A stretch of 64,000 bases of DNA from the human T2T-CHM13v2.0 reference genome, Homo sapiens (GCF_009914755.1 NC_060930.1); one strand, 5' to 3'. Numbered from the stretch's first letter, positions 1 to 17,660 are shown. Made by a program: numbers and translations. Notes: generated from the letters alone by a model not told the origin.

Positions 1-1177
1 AAACTATTGTGAAATTGCATTTTCTCTCTCTTTTACCTCTCACAACTTGGTTTATATTAATTGTATCTCTCATTCAAAATAACACATTCTTTAAGAATAT
101 GAGAATGCATCTCCTTGTGTATGGTACAAACACTGTAAGTTCTACAATAAATAACACTTACATAATATTTTAAATGTTGGCAATTGCTTTCAAATTTTAA
201 ATAATCGAAGTGTGAAAGACATTTATATTTACTAAGTTTAATGTAAATTCTATAAGCCTTGAAATTATAAAAGTAATTTAAAAGCAGGAGTTAGTAGGTG
301 GAAATAGATGTGGAAAAAAATACAGGAACAAAAAAAATCTCTACTCTTACAATGTAGGAAACTAGGAGACACTGTGAAAAATTGATGGGTCAAGACATAG
401 AATTTGTATGATGGTAAGTAACAATGGAACTTCTCAAAAAATGCCTGGTAGGGACTGGAGTGGGGAGAGAGGACAAGTATGAGAGATGTCAATTTCTTAT
501 GTGTAATAGAGGGGAATCAATAGCTATTTTTAAACTGGTACATTAACAAGCAACACATATGCATATTGTTTAAGGTTTAGATTTAATCTCAAGAAAAACT
601 AACCATAAAGTGATTAAAAATAATCACTTCTGATGAGTGGGAAAGGAGAAAAGGATAATAAGCCTTATGTTTTATTTAGCAACCTCCTGGTTTAGGAATT
701 AAATGAACAAATAAATCAAAATATTAACAAATAATAAAGCAGATAATCACATTCAATCTAGTTCTGTGCCTGTATTTTCACACATATTTATTTGGATAAG
801 ATTGTATAAGGAAATACCAATTTTTGTTTCACTGGTAGTCAGTAGCATAAAGGACACAAATATTAATTTAGTCTATTTTAGTGTAGTTCTTATTTTTAAT
901 CCACTACATAAGTACACAGATTGGTTAGCTACTATCTGGTCAAAACATATTGATGCTAGGGTATGCATTTATTAAAGAATTCTATTTTTAAAATCCTCCA
1001 CATCTAGACCCAGAAAATCTCACACACTGATTCACTGTAATTTTCTCCTCAAAGTACTACAGGCCTATAGACCCCTCCCAAGTGAGGCACTGCAGTTTCG
1101 AACACAGTAAATATTTCCATTGTGCTAATGCTATCTCTTGTCCTACTTCTATGCCTATAAATATAGCACTATTTTTA

Positions 1178-1384
<207 letters not shown>

Positions 1385-1864
1385 TTAAATCAGTGTTTTG
1401 TTTAAATATCCTCAAAGCAGCTGATACAAAATTAATAGCAAGAAAAAAATAAACATAAAGCTACTTAATCTACACATTTCAGTATAAACAAAAAAGACTA
1501 GAGTGAAAAACAGAACGGTAGGAATTTGTAAAGAGCTACTTAGGAAAATCAGAGTTTTTTACTCCCTTTGAGTACATGGGTTATAAAAAGCATGTTAACT
1601 CTTTCAGAGCTTCATGGTACCTCTCAGTGCTCTAAGAGGCCATTATGAATCACTTTGCAGCCTGAGAAGCTCCTAAAAAAAGTTTTTAAAGCTATTAATG
1701 CCCCTGTATTATACACTTCTATCTTTCTGGTATGCAAATTTACGAATAAAATCAGGAATAAAGTGTTGTAGTATCAGCTCAACAAAAAAATGCATAATTA
1801 TAAATAAATGCATTAATAAGTAATAAATGACCACATCAAATCTACTTTACAGGTAAAACAGTTA

Positions 1865-1950
1865 TTATTATTGTTTTCAAATGAGGAAAACAAGTCTCAC
1901 AGAGATTAACTAGCTTGCCCAAGGTCACAAAACTAGTAGTGCGGAGCTAG
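1865..1950 (-). mobile_element. MIR fragment
   Basis: MIR core-like ATGAGGAAA...CTTGCCCAAGGTCACA. Confidence 0.6.
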
Positions 1951-2136
1951 TAGCACCTGCCTCTCCTAGTCCCCCACCTTTCTGGCGTCTGATGCCTTTG
2001 TGATGCTCCCTGCTGATGTCACATGCACAAAGACACACCATCTTCCTTCCAGGGCCATGGATCAAAGGAAGCAGACACACATCTCTAAAAATATTATTTG
2101 CCTATTTCACGATTGCCCAGTATCAACTACACTAGT

Positions 2137-2502
2137 TGCTATGGTATGAATGTTTTTGTCCCCCCAAAATTTATATGTTGAAATCCTAACACCCAAGGTG
2201 TTGGTATTAGAAGCTGGGGCCTTTAGGAGATGATTAGGTCATGAAGAAGAACCCTCACAAATGTGATTAGCTCCCTTATAAAAGAGGGGTGAAAGAAACC
2301 CCTTGCTCTGTTCCACCATGTGAGAACACAGCAAGTCGTCGCCATCTATGAACCAGTAAGTGAGCCCTCACCAATCACTGAATCTGGTATGCCTCAATCT
2401 TAGACCCCCCAGCCTCCAGAATTGTAAGCAATAAATTTCTATTGTTCATAAGCTAACCAATATATGGTGTTTTGTTTATAGCAGCTCAAATGGTCTTACA
2501 TA
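2137..2502 (+). mobile_element. MaLR solo LTR (MLT1A-like)
   Basis: TGCTATGG start, MLT1A-type body, 5-bp TSD CTAGT (2132-2136 / 2503-2507). Confidence 0.85.
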
Positions 2503-3109
2503 CTAGTAAACCTTGATTTCTACAAAAATTATAATTCATACATTATTTTTACTACCTTTTTATCATCCCATTTCAAATCATGCCTCTCTTTATACTACCT
2601 AAGTATAATGTACTGTAAGAAAGACATGTAAGCAAACTAAATGCATGAGTGGTTTACAGAAATAAATCACATTTGTTATGAATACAAAAATGTGATTCAT
2701 TTGTTCTTTTCTCTTTGTTCTGTCTTACAAAATATTTAACCTAAATTTGCTTGGCGTAAGCTCTCAAAAAATCCTTAAATTATTTGATGTTTCTTTGAGA
2801 TATAACTCCTTCCATCAGACAGAAGGTACAGGATGACTCTCTTAATAAACCATTACTGATCTTCCTAGATCAGTCTCCTCTTTTTTCTCTTAATGGATTT
2901 TTTTTCTCGACGACTACAAGGTGCTGCACCACATCTCTATTAACCTTCATTTTTAATAGATAAAAACCAAACTACACTAGCAACCTCACTTCTAGAAACA
3001 TATCCAACAGAAATATTACTAAGAAAAAAGAATTTCTGATGCACACAGAGATACATGCGTACAGTAATACTATTTTAATAGAAAATACTGTAAACCATAT
3101 AAGTTTTTT

Positions 3110-3900
3110 TTCATTCTTCTACAGATATTTATTGAGACAGGTACTGTGCTAGGTCATGTTAAGAACTCAGATATTTATCATAAGAGCAACTAAAAATTTG
3201 AAATATTCTAAGCAGGCATGTAACATAACCAGATTTTATTTTAAGGATACCTCTCTGGCTACAGAGTAAAAAAATAATTCAAGAACAATCAGATAGAAGC
3301 AGAGAGTCCATTTAAGAAACTACTATATTGGCCTAGGTAGTTTATGATGAAGCTTGGTCACAGACTTTGAAAGGATTATGCAGATTCAAGAGGGAAAGGC
3401 CACAGGACTTGGTGATTAATTGGAAAAGGAAGGTGAAGATGAAAGGGGATTAACAATGCCTCTTAAGCTTCTAGTGAAAATAATTCAATATACAGTGGCA
3501 CTATTCACTGAGATGCAAAATCTGAAAGAGGCTGTAAGGAAAGATCATCTATCTAGTTCTGGCAATGTTGGGTTTGGAGTGCTCTTTAGATATCCAAAAG
3601 GAGTCCTCAAAAGAGAGCTGGAGTTACTCATTTGACATTAAGACCAGAAATCTGAACTAAAAAAATAAATATATGAGTAATTTGAGTGTAAATGGTAATT
3701 GAAATAGGAACATAGATGAGTCACAAAGAAAAACAATATTAATAAGGAAAAAAGTTCTAGAACAAAGTCTGAAAGTTTTTCAATGTTTAACAGCCAGCGA
3801 GAGAAGGATAAACTTACAAAAGATGAATAGAGGAGCTGAAAAGGAAAAGTAGGAGTGACTAAGTGAAGCAGCAGAGCATGACTGAAAGTGTAAACATAGA
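3110..3900 (-). mobile_element. L2 remnant
   Basis: TTCATTC..TATTTATTGAG..TACTGTGCTAGG tail followed by degenerate purine-rich L2-like sequence. Confidence 0.55.
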
Positions 3901-4459
3901 CTACAAACTGGATATGGTTACTTCTAGGAAATGGAATTGGATGGAGGGGAACTGTCATAGTCAACTGTTTTGAATTGATTGGATTAGTTACAAGGAGCGG
4001 GTGTTACTTTTTTAGTTAAATAAAACAATATCTGTGGCTCCCATTGGTCAGTATAATTGACTTACAACAATTGAATTATTACCTATTAAAAATATAATTG
4101 TTGAAGAGATCAAATATTCATAAATTACAATGGTCAAGAAGAATTATTTATGTGTCATCATCTTCATAAGAATTCTTCATTCCTAGAGTGATTTCTTTAA
4201 TTACTCATTTTTACACATTTATGTTTTAGGCAACATTTTTAAAAGTCTTTCATGGATAGTAAACTGAGTTATTCAAAATATGTTCTAATAATTAAAATGT
4301 CTTTTAGAGGATGGGTTATTGTCTTTTTAATTTCACCTAATGAAATGGCAAAAATGAATAGTAAAATAATTTTGGTTTTGGAGATTTCTGCATGGAGAAC
4401 TATGGAATAAATGTACTTTTCCCTAGTCCTCCCACTAAGTATAATTTAAAACCCTGAAA

Positions 4460-7600
<3,141 letters not shown>

Positions 7601-8750
7601 AGTTTTAGGTTTTATATTTAGGTTTTTAATCTGTTTTGTGTTAATTTTTGTATATGGTATATGGAAGGGGTCCAGTTTCAATCTTCTGCATATGGCTAGC
7701 CAGTTATCCCAGCACTATTTATTGAATAGGGTCCTTTCCCCATTGCTTATTTTTGTTAACTTTGTCAAATCAGATGGTTTTAGGTGTCTGGCATTATTTC
7801 TGGGCTCTCTATTCTGTTCCATTGGTCTATGTGTCCATTTTGGTACAAGTACCATACTGTTTTGGTTACAATAGCCTTGTAGTATAGTTTGAAGTCAAGT
7901 AATGTGATGTCTCCAGCTTTGTTCTTTTTGCTTAGGATTGCTTTGGCTATTCGAGCTCTTTTTTGATTCCATATGAATTTTTAAAGTTTTTTCTAATTCT
8001 GTGAAGAATTTTATTGGTAGGCTGATAGGAATAGGGTTGAATCTATAAATTTCTTTGGGTAGTATGGCCACTTGAGCAATATTAATTCCTCTTATCAAGG
8101 AGCATAGAATATTTTTCTATGTGTTTGTGTCATCCCTGACTCCTTTGATCAGTATTTTACAATTCTTGTTGCAGAATTCTTTCATGTCTCTGGTTAGCTG
8201 TATTCCTAGGTATTTTATTCTATTTGTGGCTATTGTAAATGGGATTTCATTCTTGATTTGGCTCTCAGCTTGGATGCTGTTGGTATATAGAAATGCTATG
8301 ATTTTCATATGTTGATTTTGTATCCTAAAACTTTGCTCAAGTTGTTTATCAGAACAAGGAGCTTTTGGGTAGAGACTGTGAGGTTTTCTAGGTATAAAAT
8401 CATATCATCTGCAAACAGGGATAGTTTGACTTCGTGTCTTCCTATTTGGATGTGGAGGCAATCATTCTAAGAGAAATAACTTAGAAAGTCTAATACCACA
8501 TACTCTCACTTATAAATGGAAGCTAAGCATTGGATATACATGAACATACAGAGTGAAATAATAGACATTAGAGACTTCAAAATGTGGGGAGGTAGGAAGA
8601 GGTGAGGGATGAAAAATTACCTACTGGGTACAATGTACACTATTCAGGTGACAGACACACTAAAAGCCTAGACTTCACCACTGTGCAATATGTCCATGTA
8701 ACAAAACTGTGCTTGTACCCCTAAATCTGTAAAAGTTAAAATTAAAAAAT
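7601..8750. mobile_element. L1 (L1PB-like) with inverted 5' segment: 7601-8452 minus ORF2, 8453-8750 plus 3'UTR
   Basis: Minus ORFs 7895-8098 and 8117-8308 are ORF2 peptides; an L1PB/L1MA-type 3' end abuts them in the opposite orientation. Confidence 0.7.
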
Positions 8751-9919
8751 AAATTTATCAAAGTTAAAATTTAAAAAGTAAACATATAAATCGCTCACTA
8801 TGTTGGGATAAACTAATCTGTATTTTTGGTAGAAAAGTAGAAAATTATTGGTTTAATTAACAAAAACATCTATTTCTTCAGAACAGTTTTAGCTACTTTG
8901 TTATTTGTTCATCAAGGCAAGTTAGGTGATTTCAAACGAAGTGAGTAAATGTGTAGGAGTAAGGGAACTGCTGTCTGGCACTCCAATTAAAGCCACAGAA
9001 ATAAGAAACCCTAGAATTTAAAAACTCACAACTAACTCATTATTTTACATAGTTCTATAAGTTTGAGAGTTTCGGTTAAAATATGTGTATTTCTTAATAA
9101 ATCCAGAAGTTTTGAAATTATATTGGTTAAATATCTATTGGATAGGTGTAGTCTCCTTAAGCAAAATAAATTTTACAATTATTATTCATATTATTTTATT
9201 TGAACTATCCTCTTTGGATTTTAATTATTTTAAATGTTTCATTTCTAGCATATGAACATAAGCTTTGATTCTAACACATTAATCTCTAATTTTAACTATT
9301 AACTCACCCACATCTGATCTCTCTCATGCCCCATCTGTTACTACCTCGGAAGCTATTATTGCATAAAGTTGTACAAACATGATATAGTCATTACAAACTC
9401 TTCGGCACTTTGATGTTCTCTTCTAATGGCAAAAACAAAGAAATAAAACGCACAAAAAATCTTTTTGTTCAACCAACTGCCTCTTTGAGATGATGAATCC
9501 TGTTCCAGTTGAGCACTTTGATGAATGGCAAAATGCAAACGTAGAAAATAGCTGAGTTCAGGGGTAGTCTTAGATACAGCTAAACTGTCCTTGCTAATGA
9601 AATGGAAACCTGAGATACAATCAGTGAAGGAGAGGATGAAGTAAGAGGTGTTAAGATTGACAAGAAGAAGGAAAGGTGAGATGCAGAAAGAGAAGAAAGA
9701 AGATCCAGCTAGAAAAACTATGTAAGAATAAAAGATAGTCAAAATACCCTGATCATGAGACCACCAAAGAGCAGTAAATGGCAAGCATCTTTTAATATTT
9801 AATGTGAAGTTTTATGCACTTCTGTAATATTTCTCTCTTCTCCTCCTCCCCAACTGTCAGTACAACCTACCACATTCACAAACAGATTTCTAGAGTGGAA
9901 GGAGAGAATACAGTTCCTG

Positions 9920-11620
9920 AGATAAAGAATAAGGGAATTCATCACCACTAGTCCTGTCTTATGGGAATTATTAAAGTGAGTTCTTTAAGCTGAGAAAACA
10001 TACCACTAATTAATAACATAAAATACATGAAGGGAAAAAATTCAGTGGTATCAGTCAGATTCAAAATAGTCTTTTGCTTGAAAGGTGATGTGTAAAGCAA
10101 TTTTATCTCTAACATGAGAGTTAAAAGACAAAACTATTAAAAACAACTGTGGCTTTGATAAATTGTTAAGGGATACAAATTACAAAAAGTTGCCAACTTT
10201 GACATCAAAATCATAAAATGTGGTAGGGAGGAGTAAACATGGAGAGCTTTTGTATTTGATTAAAGTTAAGTTGGTAACAGCTTAGAATAGCCTGTTACAG
10301 GTAATGTTTTATGTAAACCTCATGGTAATTGCAAAGCAAAACCCTATTATACTTCCACAAAATATAAAAATAAGGGATTCAAGACATATCACTACAGAAG
10401 ACAATCAAACCACAAAGAAAGACAACAAGAGGAAGAATAAAAGATACACAGAACAACCAGAAAACAAATTATGAAAAGGCAGTAAGATAAGTCCTTACAT
10501 ACTATAATTACCTTGAGTGGAAATGGATTGAATTCTCCAATCAAAAGATATAAAGTGACTGAATAGATTGAAAAAGCAAAACATAACTAGATGCTGCCTA
10601 CAAAATACTCACTTTACTTGTAAGAACACACGTAGATGGAAAATAAAGGGATGGAAAAATATATTCCATGCAAATGGAAGCCAAAAGAGAGCAGAGGTAG
10701 CTATATTTCTATCAGACGAAAAAGACTTTAAGTCAAACATCAGTAAAGAAAGACAAAGAAGGTAATTATATAATGATAAAGGTGTCAATTCTTCAACATT
10801 TATAAATATATATACATCTAACATAGTAGCTCCTAAATATTTAAGGCAGTTATTAAGCAATCTGAACGGAGAGATAGACTGAAATACTGTAATAGTAGGG
10901 GACTTTAATACTCCACTTTCAGCATTGGACAGAACATCATTTTTTAGACAGAAAATCAATAAGGAAACATTGGACTTTAATTACACTTTAGACCAAATGG
11001 ACCTAACAGAAATATATGGCAAAGAATACACATTCTTCCCAAATATACACAGAACATCCTCCAGAACAGATCATATGTTAAGCCACAAAACAAGTCTTTA
11101 ATAATTCCAGAAGACTGAAATCATATCCAGTATTGTTTCCTACCATAATGATATGAAACTAGAACTCAATCATAGGAGAAAACTGGGAAAATTTACAAAT
11201 ACGTGGAAATTAAACATGCTCCTGAACAACTAATAAGTCAAAGAAGGAATCAAAAGGGAAATTAAAGAACATCTTCAGACAAATGATAATGGGTATACAA
11301 CATATCAAAACCTATGAGACACAGCAAAGGCAATTCTAAGAAGGAAGTTCATAACAATAAATGCCTATATCAAAAAAAGGAGAAATTTCAATTAGACAGA
11401 AGGAATAAGTTTTTGAGATCCATTGCACAGTAGGGTGACTAAAGTCAATAATATATTGGAAGTAGCTAAGAGTATAAATTTCAAAGGTTTCTCTCCACAT
11501 AAAATAAGTGAAGTGATATGTGTTAATTAGCTTGATTTACTTATTCCACATATATACTCATATCAAAACATTACAATGTACCCCATACACATATACAATT
11601 ATGATTTTTCCCTTAAAAAT
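9920..11620 (+). mobile_element. Old L1 (L1MA-like): ORF1 end and endonuclease region joined to a 3'UTR
   Basis: ORF 10568-10765 resembles the L1 endonuclease (CCLQ.TH, WKNIFHANG); L1MA-type 3' end from ~11390. Confidence 0.75.
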
Positions 11621-11829
11621 ATCAATAATAGAAATAGGAATTATAAAGACAAATAAGTAACCCATACAGCAATGATTAAAACAGGTACTAGAATTAGAGA
11701 TAACAGGGTTTTCTAAAATAAATGAAAATATATTTGATAAGGAAGTTAGAATTTGGAGGATCAGGAAAGAAAATATCAAATATGATAGTATGATCCTAGT
11801 AATGAATCAAACATCTGGCACAGGTAGGG

Positions 11830-11832
<3 letters not shown>

Positions 11833-11882
<50 letters not shown>
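11833..11882. repeat. (TG)~25 microsatellite
   Basis: Pure dinucleotide run. Confidence 0.97.
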
Positions 11883-11883
<1 letters not shown>

Positions 11884-12121
11884 TGTGTTTCAAGGTAGAA
11901 AACTGATTACTATGATTATTGTTATTTTGATGACAAATAATATTGTGAAATTTTGGATACATGAGCACCAGCCTTTCTGTACATCTGTATATGTAAACTT
12001 GGCTAGCTCTTTTAGTCAAAAAATGAGCCACACAGCCTAAGACAATTACTGCACAGAATTATGGTAGAATTACAACTCAGTGGGCTCATAACTTGGTGCA
12101 TAATAGGTTGGCCTCATTTGT

Positions 12122-13228
12122 TATTGGGGGAAATTCAGCCAGATATTGGGCAAAATTCACCCCCGATATTTCACGTAGGTTCTTTTCTATTTTCCCTAAG
12201 TGTCAGCCGATCTGAGAAATAAGGGACAGAGTACAAAAGAGAGAAATTTTAAAGCTGGGTGTATGGGGGAGACATCACATGTCGGCAGGTTCCGTGATGC
12301 CCCCGGAGCCGTAAAACCAGCAAGTTTTTATTAGTGATTTTCAAAAGGGGAGGGAGTGTACCAATAGGGTGTGGGTCACAGAGATCACATGCTTCACATG
12401 GTAATAAGATATCACAAGGCAAATGGAGGCAGGGCAAGATCACAGGACCACAGGACCGGGGCAAAATTAAAATTGCTAATGAAGTTTCGGGCACACATTG
12501 TCAATGATAACATCTTATTAGGAGACAGGGTTTGAGAGCAGACAACTGGTCTGACCAAAAATTTATTAGGCGGGAATTTCCTCGTCCTAATAAGCCTGGG
12601 AGCACTATGGGAGACTGGGGTTTATTTCATCCCTACGGCTCGACCATAAAAGATGGCCGCCCCCCGAAGCGGCCATTTTAGAGGCCTACCCTCAGGGACG
12701 CATTCTCTTTCTCAGGGGTGTTCCTTGCTGAGAAAAAGAATTCAGCAATATTTCTCCCATTTGCTTTTGAAAGAAGAGAAATATGGCTCTGTTCCGCCCA
12801 GCTCACTGGCGGTCAGAGTTTAAGGTTATCTCTCTTGTTCCCTGAACATTGCTGCTATCCTGTTCTTTTTTCAAGGTGCCCAGATTTTATATTGTTTAAA
12901 CACACATGCTGTACAAACAATTTGTGCAGTTAACGCAATCATCACAGGGTCCTGAGGCGACATACATCCTCCTCAGCTTACGAAGATGATGGGATTAAGA
13001 AAGTAAAGACAGGCATAGGAAATCACAAGGGTATTAATTGGGGAAGTGATAAGTGTCCATGAAATCTTCGCAATTTATGTTCAGAGATTGCAGTAAAGAC
13101 AGGCATAAGAAATTATAAAAGTATTAATTTGGGGAACTAATAAATGTCCATGAAATCTTCACAATCCACGTTCTTCTGCCATGGCTTCAGCCAGTCCCTC
13201 CGTTCAGGGTCCCTGACCTCCCGCAACA
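12122..13228 (-). mobile_element. MER11 solo LTR (HERV-K HML-8)
   Basis: Minus strand starts TGTTGCGGGAGGTCAGGGACCC; 1107 bp; perfect 6-bp TSD ATTTGT (12116-12121 / 13229-13234). Confidence 0.9.
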
Positions 13229-13743
13229 ATTTGTTCTCAACAATTAGAGTTAAGGTCATTCAAATGCTTATGAGAACATAGACAAAGGTCCTTGAGACAT
13301 TTGTTATGCTTCAAATTCTATGAGAAAATAGACAAATGTCCTTGAGACAGTTGTTTAGCAGTCCAGTATGACGCGTTAGCCCTCTCAAAGGTAAGCTCAA
13401 GGCATGCAGAAAAAGGAAACAGAAGGAGTGATTGACAAAGCTTAGCCTTGGATTCACTATCTGCCAAGCCTCCAGTGGGGATCTTTGAGGGAAAACTCCC
13501 AGAAGGACCTTGATCAGTTCCAGCTAAGAATTTTAAGGGAAGACTTAATTAACAACTGTCAAACCATACAGAGCAGAAAATAGTACAACAAAAAACTTCT
13601 ATGATTATAAAAAGACATGGATGAAATGGAGGCTTATACCAAGTTAATTTGAAGAAACATAATAGAAAAAAAAAAAACAAGGTAAAAGCAAAAGTAAAAT
13701 TTAATCGTGCATTTTTTAAAATACTAATAATTGAATATCCCAT

Positions 13744-14123
13744 TGTTATGGACTGTATTGTGTCTCCCCCACCCCAAAATTTATATAATGAAGCCCTGAC
13801 CTCCCAATGTGATTATATTTAAACATAGGACCTTAATTAAGGTAAAACAAGATCACAGAGTGAAGTCCTAATGCCATTACACCCCATAAGAGGAAAAAAC
13901 ACCAGAGATCTCTCTCTCCTCAAGCACACTGAGGAAACACCGTAAGGATACAGGCAGATGGTGGCTATCTGCAAGCCAGGAAGAGAAGCATTACCAGTAA
14001 CGGAATCTGCCAGCACCCTGATCTATGACTTCTAGTCATCAAAATTGTGAGAAAATAAACTTCTGTTGTTTAAGCCATCCAGTCTGTGGTATTTTGTTAT
14101 GGCAGTCCTAGCAGACTAATACA
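13744..14123 (+). mobile_element. MaLR solo LTR (MLT1B-like)
   Basis: TGTTATGG...GACTAATACA; TSD CCCAT/CTCAT. Confidence 0.82.
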
Positions 14124-16264
14124 CTCATATATGCAAAATATTCCAATTTAATCCAGTTAATAATCAAGTATGATTGAGAGCTTGTTATGTATCCAGTCCT
14201 ATGCTAGGAAGGGGTAATAAATGAAGTTTAAAACATGATTCCCACAATAAATGAACTTCTGTTGATTAGATAAAAGTTATAGGAAGCCATTAGTGAGTGA
14301 AACGAAACTAAATTATGAAAATAATTTTAAAACTGTATGTTAACTGAAACATGAACAGAGTACCAAAGGATTGCAAATAGGCCTCATCTCAAATGCCACT
14401 TTCCATGTATGATGACTGAAAGGCTATGCTGAGTTGTATTCTAAGGATCAACTGGCTCACTGGGAGAGAAAAATTATGATAGGTTTGTGGTGTGCATATG
14501 AATGTAGAAAACTAAAAATGGACTATGTTGGAGAAGGTAATATCAGTATGGGCTAGAATTACTGAGAAAGGATTTATAATAGAGGGAATGGGTGCTATGC
14601 TGTGATGAACAACAGGATATGCTTTAGACACATGACAAAGAGTACAAGAATGTATGAATAAGTATGATTCAAGTTAGGAAATGGATAAGAACAAATCTGT
14701 TTATTTCAGTGGGTAGAGTGACAACACTGGCCCATAGGATGTCCATATTACTGACTGAATTCCAAAGCCAGCACTGTAAAACAACTGGATTTCATGACTT
14801 GGAAAGTGAAGAACAGAATTACACATCTCTAACCATTACTGTATTTAAGAAGGCATTTTTTAATGCAAAGCATTTACATTAGTTAATGATTCATGATGAT
14901 AAACATATTTCAAAATAGGAAGCATTTCAAAGGTTGTAGATTATGCTGAAAAAATTCCACAATGGCATTACCAGACAATTATGCTTTCATTTAAAATTAA
15001 ACACAATAACAGAGCTTTCTTGAAATATAATTTTAAAATCAAATCTGAAACTCAGATTACTCTTAATAGGCTTCACTCAAACCATCAAGATTGAATTATT
15101 AATAATTCATTCAATGTGATAATAATCTAAAGAGATGCCAAAAGATTTGACCACCTAATTTGATGTGATCAAAACTTTTGGCAGTTTATTATACTATGAC
15201 TAAAGATCAACCTATTAAAATGTGCCATCTCTGTATTATTGGAAACATTTGCTGGATACTGAAATTTACTTTCTATGTCACATGCAGAGATGTTTATTTT
15301 TGTGTTTAATAAATTTTGATTTAATTATTCTAATAATCTTTAATGTTGATTTTCCTACTGTCATTAAAACAATTTTCATGGCAGTGTCTAGACTTTTGTT
15401 GTTGTTGTTAAGACTGGTAGTTCATTTTTTTTCCTTCATGGCACTCTCAGAATTAACTAGAAATTTCCCTATTCATAGCCTGAACACAAATCCAAGTCAT
15501 ATGTTAAAAATAGATAAAGCATCTATATCAGTATTAGTCTCATTGTATAAGCAAATTTTTCTAACCACATTTTGCTACTTCATTTCGTATACCTTAAAGC
15601 CCACACACACAAAAAAAAACCTATCTTTGTGCACTTAAATATACAAATAATGCTGAGGCAGAAGGAGATAACTTCCCTAGTAGCTATATCTCAACAGTGT
15701 CCAACATTTAGTTGCAGAGAACACAGAATATAACTATTCATCCTGGAACTCTTCAGAACATTGAGAAATATTTTACATTTAATTCCATCCTAACCCAGCT
15801 AGCTAGGTAAACATGCATTTTGGCAGTTTCATAGTAAGAACATATTTGGCATAAAATATGTCTTCAATTAAGATTTTCCAGAATGTGGACTAAATAATTT
15901 AGTAAAACACTCCCTTGAGCTGATCTAGTTCTGCTGCAAAAACCATCCCTGATAGCTTCACACATTGCTTTCTTCCATGGCAAAAATATTTTACGAATAT
16001 TAAGGGCATACAGTTGACATGAATATCACATATGCATTGGAAAGAAACTAGAAATATACAGCTAGTTGAAATGGAGGATAAAGTGACCAAATACAATCTT
16101 TAAAGATGAAATTGAGAAACTAGGTTGTTTTAAATCCTTTTAATAAGACATTATAAACTGAAAATAAAAGAGGGCGTAATCCTGGCAATTAGATTATCCT
16201 AAAATTTGCCGTAATCATAAACTACACATGTATAAGAAACAACTGAAGAAGAATTTTCTTTCTT

Positions 16265-16725
16265 TCAGAACTATGTCTGATTGCAAGCAACAGAAAATCT
16301 GGTTAACAGTGACCTAAACAAATATTAATATAAGACTCTGTCTTACATAACTAGAGGTGAGAAGCCAGGTAGCCCAGAGCTGGTCAACACCAAGATCTTC
16401 CTAAATGTCTGCTTTGCCGTCCTTCACATGCTGACTTTTGTCAAGCTTCTAACCTGATGTTCATAGGGTCACCTCTAGGCATCATGTCTGGAGTCCTAAC
16501 CATGAAGAAGGGTGAAGGACCATGCCAGCTAAGCCTTTGTTCCTTTTCATGAGAAAAGCAAAAGCATTCCTGAGAGCCTTGCCTTCCCATATCTCATGAG
16601 CCAGAACTAGGTGACATTAACATCCCTAGGCCAATTGCTACCCAAGAGGAATAAGATTACCATAACTGGTTATAGCAATGATTCATTCCATTGCTACCTA
16701 AAGAAATCAGGATTCTGTTGGCTGC
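16265..16725. mobile_element. Old MLT1 (J/K-type) LTR remnant
   Basis: GATTGCAAGCAACAGAAA start and GCCAGAACTAGGTGACAT motif; highly diverged. Confidence 0.45.
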
Positions 16726-17387
16726 GGAGAGTGGAGAGAAACAAATAATGGTGATAGTGATGCACTGGAACACATTATCTTTCTCCAGCAAGTAATTTTG
16801 GAGGATAAATCATATTTCCTTAGGCATCACATCTCCACCTGATTTAATTCAAAACTATTCCATGTATTACATTTTTAATTGCAACTGATTTTTATTTAAA
16901 CAAGTCAGCAGTAAAAGTAGAAGCATTTTAATGTACTCTTAAAACTTGCCAATTGCCACACACACACACAAAAAAAGCGAGCAAGAAAGAGAGTACCAGT
17001 TATTTGTCTAGTTCTTGATTGTGTCTGGCTTATACCTCTTCGCTATAACACAGAATCTTCTCATTCTATTCCTGGCTTTAAATCTCCCCAAATCCCTCCT
17101 CTTCCAGGTTTCCAATCATCTCTGCCCAACAGCATCTCTTATTGCCTTCTCTTGCCTCTAGCTAGCCCTGTGCTCACCCAGCACTCTTACTTCCCTATTC
17201 ATTCTTCAGCGTCCTGCAATATGGCATCTGCACTCAATGCTCTATGGAAAAAAAACTTTAAACAAAGTCATCTGCTAGTTTCCATAATAATTTTTCACAT
17301 TTCTTTACCTGTGTGCAATACTTAATGAGAGTGACCACCCTCTGTCGAAACTCTCCTTTGTAGGTTCCGTAAAACTTCTTTCTTGAA

Positions 17388-17660
17388 AGACAGTATTTTA
17401 TAGCAGTTAAGTGCATGGGCTCAAGATTCAGACTCAGACTTCATTCCAAGTTGTATGATTTACTCTTTGTAAACAGTAATGAGAAAATCATTTAAGCAAA
17501 CTGTGTCTGTTTTCTTATTTGCAAAAAGAAGAAAAAAAGAAAAAGAAAAATGCCTATCTGCCTCATAGGGCTGTTGTGAGAGAATTCAATGAGATAATCC
17601 ATTTAAAAGATTTAACATAGAAACTATCACAGTTGATGTTCAACAACCAGTAACAGCTCT
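17388..17660 (+). mobile_element. MIR
   Basis: MIR-like head and CCTCATAGGGCTGTTGTGAG...ATGAGATAAT core. Confidence 0.65.

Noticed and set aside
9490-9555. C/D-box snoRNA-like ATGATGA...CTGA
   Set aside because: On the strand opposite the host gene, weak terminal stem and no recognisable guide.
11807-12040. ORFs with HTHT/CVCV runs
   Set aside because: Translations of the (TG)n microsatellite.
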